Shown: positions 27,370-34,491 of the stretch, piece after piece
How the letters are laid out: every line of letters starts with the position of its first letter
How positions within the stretch are numbered: the first letter of the stretch is position 1
Sequence record: SRR20825010_6902
DNA: 34,491 bases
Strand: one strand, 5' to 3'
The notes under the pieces: generated by a model
The model's database searches: none
Told to the model about the DNA's origin: nothing
Seen by the model: only the letters and a program-made list of their open reading frames with translations
Made by a program: the position numbers and the translations under genes

Positions 27370-29784
27370 TTACTTTTTAATATCTATTTTTTCAATAACC
27401 ACTTTTTTATCATTTTCACCACTTACTTGAGTAGTCTTTTCGAATGCTTCCAATTGGGATTTTACTTCCGCCTGGGTTCCCTTGAAGGTTTTTTCCTCAG
27501 TAGTGGTTTCACCATTTACCGTAGTGCTATAAGTAATTACAGCCTGTGCCAAATCTGCCGATTCCACATTCATTTCAATCTGCACATCTTGCTCCACTAC
27601 CCCTGTTTCCATATGTCCTCCCAATATTGGGGCGATTACCAATCCAATTAAACAGGTAAGTTTTATAAGAATATTCATTGAAGGTCCGGAAGTATCCTTA
27701 AATGGATCTCCTACGGTATCCCCTGTTACTGCCGCTTTATGGGCATCAGACCCCTTGTAGGTCATTTCACCATTAATTTCCACTCCAGCCTCGAAAGATT
27801 TTTTAGCGTTATCCCAAGCACCACCGGCATTGTTTTGGAATATGGCCCAAAGCACCCCAGAAACGGTAACACCGGCCATATAACCTCCCAACATTTCGGC
27901 GATCAATTGATTATCACTTCCATAAACCAATTTTCCCAAAAGCACAATAGCAATTGGAAAACCTATGGTAAGTATACCAGGCAACATCATTTCACGTAGT
28001 GCAGCCTTGGTAGAAATATCCACACACTTGGCATAATCAGGCTTACCTGTACCTGCCATTATCCCTGGAATTTCCTTAAATTGTCTACGAACTTCATAAA
28101 CCATATCCATAGCGGCCTTACCAACAGAATTCATAGCCAAGGCAGAAAAAACAACTGGAATCATACCCCCTACAAACAACATGGCCAATACCGGGGCTTT
28201 AAAAATGTTGATTCCGTCGATCCCCGTAAAGGTTACATAAGCTGCGAATAATGCCAAGGAAGTCAATGCTGCAGAGGCAATAGCAAATCCTTTTCCAGTA
28301 GCTGCCGTTGTATTTCCTACGGAATCCAATATATCCGTACGTTCCCTTACAATTGGATCCTGCTCGCTCATTTCTGCAATACCTCCTGCGTTATCGGAAA
28401 TAGGTCCGAACGCATCAATTGCCAACTGCATGGCCGTAGTTGCCATCATTGCAGAAGCGGCCAATGCCACTCCATAAAAACCGGCAAAGGCGTAAGAAGA
28501 CCAAATGGCAGCAGCGAACAAAAGAACCGTTGGAAAGGTAGAGATCATACCTGTTGCCAATCCGGCAATTACGTTGGTTCCCGCACCAGTACTTGATTTT
28601 TGAACTATGGCCAATACCGGCTTTGTTCCCAGACCTGTATAATATTCGGTAACGGAGGAGATAACTCCACCAACAACCAAACCTACAACCGTGGCATAAA
28701 ACACCCTTATAGATGAAATATCCTTTAAACCTTCACCAAAAAACTCCATTTGCATGGTTTCTGGCAACATATATTTTACCAATACAAAACAGGCAATCAA
28801 GGTCAACGCAATAGAAACCCAGTTTCCTACGTTCAAGGCACCTTGTACTTCTTTTTCCTTAGCCTCATTGTTTTTTATTTTCACCAACATGGTACCAATA
28901 ATCGAAAAAATAATTCCGAAACCGGCAATTGCCATGGGCAATAAAATTGGCCCTATTCCACCAAAGGCATCCTGAATGGCACCTCCCATATCCTTAATAA
29001 CATAATTCCCAAGGACCATGGCCGCCAATACAGTAGCTACATATGATCCAAATAAATCGGCTCCCATACCTGCAACATCACCCACATTATCCCCCACGTT
29101 GTCGGCAATGGTGGCCGGATTACGGGGATCATCTTCAGGAATACCCGCTTCTACCTTTCCAACCAAATCAGCCCCAACATCGGCAGCCTTAGTATAGATA
29201 CCTCCACCAACTCTTGCAAACAAGGCAATGGATTCCGCTCCAAGGGAAAAACCGGCCAATGTTTCAAGAACAATAGTCATGTCCTCTGTAGTAGTCCAAG
29301 CACCGTTCATAAAAAAGTGAAACAATAGAATAAAAGCCGTAGTCAGACCCAATACGGCCAGACCTGCAACACCAAGTCCCATTACGGTACCACCTCCAAA
29401 AGACACCTTTAATGCCTGTGGTAAACTGGTACGGGCAGCCTGCGTGGTCCTAACATTTGTTTTTGTGGCAATTTTCATTCCCATATTCCCCGCCAATGCA
29501 GAAAAGAATGCGCCAAAAATAAAAGCTACTACAATTAGTATATGGGTAGTAGGCACTATAAAAGAAATTGCGGCCAATGCAACACTGGCCCCTATAACGA
29601 AAAATGTCAATAATTTATACTCTGCTTTTAGAAAAGCCAAGGCCCCTTCATAGATATAATCTGAAATTTCTTTCATTTTACCGTCCCCGGCATTTTGTTT
29701 TAATACCCAAGACCTTTTTACCGCCATAAAAGCAAGACCTACCAATGCCATAATTACTGGCAAGTAAATAATTATTGATTCCAT
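27370..29784 (-). CDS. hppA: Membrane-integral, K+-dependent ion-translocating pyrophosphatase
   Basis: 804 aa; [35 protein letters not shown] (Ala at the K+ determinant), [14 protein letters not shown]. Confidence 0.95.
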   Translation of the reverse strand: MESIIIYLPVIMALVGLAFMAVKRSWVLKQNAGDGKMKEISDYIYEGALAFLKAEYKLLTFFVIGASVALAAISFIVPTTHILIVVAFIFGAFFSALAGNMGMKIATKTNVRTTQAARTSLPQALKVSFGGGTVMGLGVAGLAVLGLTTAFILLFHFFMNGAWTTTEDMTIVLETLAGFSLGAESIALFARVGGGIYTKAADVGADLVGKVEAGIPEDDPRNPATIADNVGDNVGDVAGMGADLFGSYVATVLAAMVLGNYVIKDMGGAIQDAFGGIGPILLPMAIAGFGIIFSIIGTMLVKIKNNEAKEKEVQGALNVGNWVSIALTLIACFVLVKYMLPETMQMEFFGEGLKDISSIRVFYATVVGLVVGGVISSVTEYYTGLGTKPVLAIVQKSSTGAGTNVIAGLATGMISTFPTVLLFAAAIWSSYAFAGFYGVALAASAMMATTAMQLAIDAFGPISDNAGGIAEMSEQDPIVRERTDILDSVGNTTAATGKGFAIASAALTSLALFAAYVTFTGIDGINIFKAPVLAMLFVGGMIPVVFSALAMNSVGKAAMDMVYEVRRQFKEIPGIMAGTGKPDYAKCVDISTKAALREMMLPGILTIGFPIAIVLLGKLVYGSDNQLIAEMLGGYMAGVTVSGVLWAIFQNNAGGAWDNAKKSFEAGVEINGEMTYKGSDAHKAAVTGDTVGDPFKDTSGPSMNILIKLTCLIGLVIAPILGGHMETGVVEQDVQIEMNVESADLAQAVITYSTTVNGETTTEEKTFKGTQAEVKSQLEAFEKTTQVSGENDKKVVIEKIDIKK

Positions 29785-29816
29785 TTGTTTGATTGTTTGT
29801 TATATATTTTGAGGGG

Positions 29817-29824
29817 CAAAAGTA
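29817..29824 (-). promoter_or_regulatory. Bacteroidota -7 promoter element (TACTTTTG) for hppA
   Basis: Exact TAnnTTTG match 33 nt upstream of the ATG, downstream of the ppa terminator. Confidence 0.65.
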
Positions 29825-29843
29825 GTAAAATATGGCAGAATAA

Positions 29844-29877
29844 AAAAAGCAATATTACTTCCGCAATATTGCTTTTT
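29844..29877. terminator. Intrinsic terminator after ppa
   Basis: AAAAAGCAATATT-N8-AATATTGCTTTTT 13-bp arms. Confidence 0.8.
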
Positions 29878-29898
29878 AACTTTTTAAAAAATTAAGGC

Positions 29899-30429
29899 TT
29901 AATACTTTATACTTACATCTTGTTTTGGCACGTCGCTATCCTTAAACCTCTGTATACATTTTGCCACAATTTCCCTAGCTTCCTGTTGCTCTCCCCAACC
30001 ACCAACATCAACTTTTTTCTTTTCAAGATCCTTGTAAACTTTAAAGAAATGTTCAATTTCCTTTATTAAATGGGGATTTAATTCGCTTAGATCATTGATC
30101 TTATTCCAGATCGGATCGGATACGGGCACACAGATCACCTTTTCATCGGGTCCTTTTTCATCGGTCATATGAAATACGCCAATAGGCTTTACCTCCATTA
30201 CACAACCGGGAAATGTTGCTTCGGTCACCAACACAAGGACATCCAACGGATCGCCATCCAATGCCAAGGTTTCTGGGACAAACCCATAGTCGGCCGGATA
30301 CATCATGGATGAAAAAATCATCCTATCGTACCTTATCTTCTTTAGGGCAAAATCGTATTCATATTTGTTTCTACTACCCTTTGGTATTTCGATCAATACA
30401 TCGAACGACGTAATATCTTCACTGCTCAT
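29899..30429 (-). CDS. ppa: Soluble inorganic pyrophosphatase, family I
   Basis: IEIPKGSRNKYE, YPADYG, DGDPLDV, HFFKVYKDLE. Confidence 0.96.
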   Translation of the reverse strand: MSSEDITSFDVLIEIPKGSRNKYEYDFALKKIRYDRMIFSSMMYPADYGFVPETLALDGDPLDVLVLVTEATFPGCVMEVKPIGVFHMTDEKGPDEKVICVPVSDPIWNKINDLSELNPHLIKEIEHFFKVYKDLEKKKVDVGGWGEQQEAREIVAKCIQRFKDSDVPKQDVSIKY

Positions 30430-30499
30430 ATGGTTATGTTTAATCTTATAATTTTTCTAAAATAACAAATTAATATCAGGTAGCGGTCAAAAAAGTATA

Positions 30500-32995
30500 T
30501 CAGAAATGAAATCCGAAAGACCCAGTTACCCCAAAAGACCTTGCACCAGGGTTTTCCAAATAATTTCCCCTAAAATTAAAATCTATCCTTAAAATCTTTA
30601 ATATATTCCCCACTCCTACCGAATACTCCCAATATATCTTATCATTTGGAGCTATTAAAGGAATATTTGCCGGAGCGCTCAAGGCCCTGTTTTCATCCGA
30701 AAGTTCTCCCCAGACTCCTCTTAGGCCAATTATTTCCCTCAGGTTCCATTTTCTCATAAAGGGAATTCTGGAAAAAAACCTTCCATTAAAATTGTGTTCC
30801 AAATGTGCCGAAACATAAGTATCGGTAACGAATTCATAAAAATCGAGATTCGAGAAAGTATTGTAAACAGAGAAAAATGTTTGATTTCCCGGAATGGCAT
30901 TAAGCAATCCCAGTGGAACCTCTCCAAAGGTCTTCCCTGTCTCCACTGTACTTAGTAACCTGCCAAGACCACCCACCTGCCAAGGCTGTGTATAGCTGAA
31001 CTGAACCTTTTTATAATCGAAATCACTATTCAAGAAATTTTTAACTCCATTGGTATAGGACAAAAACAAGGTACTGTAGTTATCGTTTACATCACGCCTT
31101 TCCACGCCGTTTCCTATGGTTTTCTTTCCCGGGGTATATATAAGAATGGTAGAAAGGTCAAATTGATTAATTTCCGACGATATCCCTGTAGGCGCGGAAG
31201 GATCTATATAATCCAAACTAAAGGCATCGGGCAAGGCAGAACTGAGTGTCCTATAGGACCCGCCTACTCCTATCCTAAGGTTAGTGACCGGTTCCAGCTC
31301 CAGATTAAAAGTTGTAAGATCTATATTGGTAAGGCGGTCATTGGAACCAACGGTAAACACGGAAGAAGAGGCTATACTCCTTCCCAGCACATCAGTAGTA
31401 GCCGTTAAACTAATCCCCAATTGTTCTATATCCCTTCTTTTACCACCTGAAATTATAAACCGAGATTTTTTGTCCACCAGCCATTTTCCGGAAATCCCAT
31501 ATTTAAACTTATCGTCTCCAAACCCATAAGCCAGATAACCCTGCAATCGCCACGGATCATTTTGCCCAAAATAAGTCCGGGCCCCTGCCCTTAGTCGGAC
31601 ACCCTCCGCTTCATTATAGCCAAAAATACTGTACACATCCCCCAGGTCCAAATTCCATTTATCTATTTCCACATATCCGGATCCCAGGATACTTACTATG
31701 TTATAGTAGCTTTTAAACTTGGGCACTGTCTTTAATGTATCCAACAATTTATAAATCCCTTTTTCATCAGCATTTAAGGACTCCAATCTATTGGCTTCCC
31801 AAAAGTCATCTTCCTTATTCAAGACCAAAGGGTCAAATGGGTCGGTTTTGGCCTTATAAAATTCATTGGGTTTGGGCTGATCAAATTTATAATCCCCGTA
31901 GACCGTAGTCCTCTTGCCATATACCCCTCTTGAATTTTCCTTTTTATTAAAGCTAAAATCAGACAACATATAATCCCGGGTCAAAAGAAAAACCGAATCA
32001 TTGACCACATCGAACTCCTGTTCAATATAAATTTCCTTTACCCAGTTGATATTGGCACTTTTGGTGACGGCCAAATTTATATTCTTCACCGCATAGGTGG
32101 AATCGTTCACCCAAAAATCCCCTTTAAACGTAAGTTCATTTTTTCGCCTGGGATAATAAATAATATTATAACACCATTTATTATCTATAAAGGCACTATC
32201 CGCCAAGACATAATTGTAGGTATCCACACCTGTCTTAGACAATGGACTGGTAAAACTCTTGTCGAAAAATTTTAAATAATTATTGTAAATATCGTAGTCA
32301 GAATAAAGATCCTCAATAAAGGCAATTATAGCCTGATTATTGCTGAAACCAGAATTCTTGCTCCCCAAAACATCTTCCTTTACCACGGCTGTCTCATTAT
32401 TGCCATAGACCTTGGAAAAAGTTTCGTTCAAAAAAATGGGCAAATAGGTCTTCCCTGTTATCCGTGAAGTATCCAAATCGTTGAAAACAAATTCCAACCC
32501 CCTAAAAACCCTACTCTTCATTAGGGCACTATCTATAGTATTTAGATCGAACTCTACTTTCTCATACTTGTCAAACTGATATTGTTTAAACATATGAACC
32601 CCGTTCTTACGCTTTTTGGCCCATATTTTTTTAAGTATATCTATCGCCGGATTATTTTTTTTGTCGGTTTTGCCAAAATATACCACCACCTCATCCAACT
32701 GTTCGCTGGACTCTGTGAGTACAACATTCATGTTATAGGTAACCTTAGTGGTAAGAGTTATTTCCTTGGTTTCGTATCCAATAAAAGACACCAATAAAGT
32801 AGTATAGGTATTCTCCGATTCCATATAAAACCTACCGTTGTCATTGGTTATGGTACCTTCTGAAGAATCCTTGAACAGAACATTGGCAAATGAAACGGGT
32901 TCACCCGACTCATCCACTACAATACCCCCAACCTTGGTCTGGGAAACAGAGTATTGAACAATAAATAGAAATAAGATTAAAAGGATTCTTGTCAT
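30500..32995 (-). CDS. DUF5686 / carboxypeptidase-regulatory-like domain outer-membrane protein
   Basis: 831 aa; signal peptide, VSFIGY, NPAIDILKK, YEKVEFDL, FTSPLS...YNY.L.DS, YNEAEGVR; C-terminal Phe. Confidence 0.8.
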   Translation of the reverse strand: MTRILLILFLFIVQYSVSQTKVGGIVVDESGEPVSFANVLFKDSSEGTITNDNGRFYMESENTYTTLLVSFIGYETKEITLTTKVTYNMNVVLTESSEQLDEVVVYFGKTDKKNNPAIDILKKIWAKKRKNGVHMFKQYQFDKYEKVEFDLNTIDSALMKSRVFRGLEFVFNDLDTSRITGKTYLPIFLNETFSKVYGNNETAVVKEDVLGSKNSGFSNNQAIIAFIEDLYSDYDIYNNYLKFFDKSFTSPLSKTGVDTYNYVLADSAFIDNKWCYNIIYYPRRKNELTFKGDFWVNDSTYAVKNINLAVTKSANINWVKEIYIEQEFDVVNDSVFLLTRDYMLSDFSFNKKENSRGVYGKRTTVYGDYKFDQPKPNEFYKAKTDPFDPLVLNKEDDFWEANRLESLNADEKGIYKLLDTLKTVPKFKSYYNIVSILGSGYVEIDKWNLDLGDVYSIFGYNEAEGVRLRAGARTYFGQNDPWRLQGYLAYGFGDDKFKYGISGKWLVDKKSRFIISGGKRRDIEQLGISLTATTDVLGRSIASSSVFTVGSNDRLTNIDLTTFNLELEPVTNLRIGVGGSYRTLSSALPDAFSLDYIDPSAPTGISSEINQFDLSTILIYTPGKKTIGNGVERRDVNDNYSTLFLSYTNGVKNFLNSDFDYKKVQFSYTQPWQVGGLGRLLSTVETGKTFGEVPLGLLNAIPGNQTFFSVYNTFSNLDFYEFVTDTYVSAHLEHNFNGRFFSRIPFMRKWNLREIIGLRGVWGELSDENRALSAPANIPLIAPNDKIYWEYSVGVGNILKILRIDFNFRGNYLENPGARSFGVTGSFGFHF

Positions 32996-33165
32996 TTTCT
33001 CATTTAAAAAGACTTCTAATAAAAAAGCACCTCTCCATTATAGCAAGGAACCGAACGTATAGACGTAACCAAAAGTCCATACTTACCCTTTTAATTAGAT
33101 TTATAATATAAAAGCTCCGTTAACCCAAAGTCAACGAAGCCATAACATCATTTTTCAGATATGTA

Positions 33166-34146
33166 TTATAATTTGTACATAACCTTCTTTACCGCCTTAA
33201 CAACATCCTCATGATTAGGCAACCATTCTGCCAATAGCACTGGGGAATATGGTGCGGGGGTATCGGCCGTATTGATCTTGACGATCGGAGCATCCAAATA
33301 ATCGAATGCGTTGGACTGAACATGATAGGTAATCTCAGTAGCCACATTGCCAAAAGGCCAAGCCTCTTCCAAAATAACCAATCTATTGGTTTTCTTTACC
33401 GATTTTAAAACCGCCTCGTAATCCAATGGCTTAACCGTACGTAAATCAATAATTTCTACACTAATATTTTCCTTGGCCAATTCGTCGGCCGCTTTATCCG
33501 CTTCCTTAATTATTTTACCAAAGGAAACAATGGTGACATCCGTACCTTCCCTCCTAATATCGGCAACACCTAATGGGATGGTAAAATCTCCTTCGGGCAC
33601 TTCGCCTTTATCGCCGTACATTTGTTCCGACTCCATAAATATAACCGGATCATTATCACGTATAGATGCTTTTAAAAGACCCTTGGCATCCCTTGGATTG
33701 GAAGGAACCACCACTTTTAGCCCAGGGCAGTTGGCATACCAACTTTCAAAAGCTTGGGAATGTGTTGCTGCCAATTGACCCGCAGAGGCAGTTGGACCGC
33801 GAAAAACAATAGGACAATTAAACTGGCCTCCGGACATTTGTCTGATCTTAGCTGCGTTATTGATAATTTGATCAATACCTACCAATGCGAAATTGAAAGT
33901 CATAAATTCTATAATGGGCCTATTCCCGATCATAGCCGACCCTACACCAATACCGGCAAAACCAAGCTCGGATATAGGGGTATCTATTACCCTTTCAGGT
34001 CCAAATTCATCCAACATTCCTTTGGAAGCCTTATAGGCTCCATTGTATTCAGCAACTTCCTCACCCATTAAATAAATGGTCTCATCCCTCCTCATCTCCT
34101 CGGACATTGCCTCCTGTATAGCCTCCCTAAACTGTAGTGTTTTCAT
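33166..34146 (-). CDS. pdhB: Pyruvate dehydrogenase E1 beta subunit
   Basis: GEEVAEYNGAYK, DTPISELGFAG, EFMTFNF, QLAATHSQ. Confidence 0.96.
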   Translation of the reverse strand: MKTLQFREAIQEAMSEEMRRDETIYLMGEEVAEYNGAYKASKGMLDEFGPERVIDTPISELGFAGIGVGSAMIGNRPIIEFMTFNFALVGIDQIINNAAKIRQMSGGQFNCPIVFRGPTASAGQLAATHSQAFESWYANCPGLKVVVPSNPRDAKGLLKASIRDNDPVIFMESEQMYGDKGEVPEGDFTIPLGVADIRREGTDVTIVSFGKIIKEADKAADELAKENISVEIIDLRTVKPLDYEAVLKSVKKTNRLVILEEAWPFGNVATEITYHVQSNAFDYLDAPIVKINTADTPAPYSPVLLAEWLPNHEDVVKAVKKVMYKL

Positions 34147-34188
34147 CTTTAAAATGGAATCTTTATGTTAAAATGCTTAAAGCGCTAG

Positions 34189-34196
34189 CAAAAGTA
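34189..34196 (-). promoter_or_regulatory. Bacteroidota -7 promoter element (TACTTTTG) for pdhB
   Basis: Exact TAnnTTTG match 43 nt upstream of the ATG. Confidence 0.65.
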
Positions 34197-34245
34197 GGAA
34201 ATAATATATCAAAACTAAGAAGTTAATAATTAAAAATACCTCAAA

Positions 34246-34271
34246 AAAATACTATGCATGCATAGTATTTT
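34246..34271. promoter_or_regulatory. Perfect 26-bp palindrome, putative transcription-factor operator between divergent pdhB and etfB
   Basis: AAAATACTATGCATGCATAGTATTTT equals its own reverse complement. Confidence 0.65.
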
Positions 34272-34332
34272 AAAAAATTATTGAGTATCTTAGCCACCAT
34301 TTCTTAATTAACGGTCAACAAAATATTAATAT

Positions 34333-34491
34333 ATGAAAATTTTAGTATGTCTAAGTAATGTCCCGGACACCACTTCAAAAATAAACTTCACGGATGGCGA
34401 CACCAAATTTGACACCAATGGGGTTCAATTTGTAATTAATCCCAATGATGAATTTGGTCTGACACGTGCCATGTGGTTCAAAGAAAAACAA
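34333..34491 (+). CDS. etfB: Electron transfer flavoprotein beta subunit (5' part, runs off the window)
   Basis: Not in the ORF track; my translation is MKILVCLSNVPDTTSKINFTDGDTKFDTNGVQFVINPNDEFGLTRAMWFKEKQ, matching the EtfB N-terminus (MKILVC..VPD, INP.DE). Confidence 0.88.
   Translation, partial: MKILVCLSNVPDTTSKINFTDGDTKFDTNGVQFVINPNDEFGLTRAMWFKEKQ

Noticed and set aside
19-34071. Numerous short plus-strand ORFs (60-150 aa) in the ORF track
   Set aside because: They lie antisense to well-supported genes and show no recognisable motifs; shadow ORFs

Overview
Flavobacteriaceae-type (Bacteroidota) chromosomal window, inferred from TAnnTTTG promoters, a GLPGLI protein and a split MetH; nearly all genes are on the minus strand. 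Positions 1-21.4 kb form a sulfate-to-SAM supercluster. In transcription order it contains metK, metY, a MetX-aspartokinase-homoserine dehydrogenase triple fusion, metZ, an Rrf2 regulator, DUF2061, cysH, cysD, cysN, a sulfite reductase with a C-terminal HEPN-like domain, cobA/cysG(A), a ferredoxin-NADP reductase, and a split B12-dependent MetH with a serine-racemase-like gene between its halves. Three SAM riboswitches are readable in the sequence: two SAM-I and one SAM-II-type. The SAM-II leader has a clear alternative helix that buries the metK start codon. Repeated 9-7-9 operator-like palindromes flank the cys promoter. The right part is housekeeping and envelope genes: an OM beta-barrel plus GLPGLI protein, deoxynucleoside kinase, MgtC/DUF4010, membrane and soluble pyrophosphatases, a DUF5686 protein, pdhB and the start of etfB. 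I found no CRISPR array, transposase, prophage, tRNA or rRNA. The best leads are the RNA/DNA regulatory architecture and several atypical enzyme variants; all calls are by eye, without database searches.
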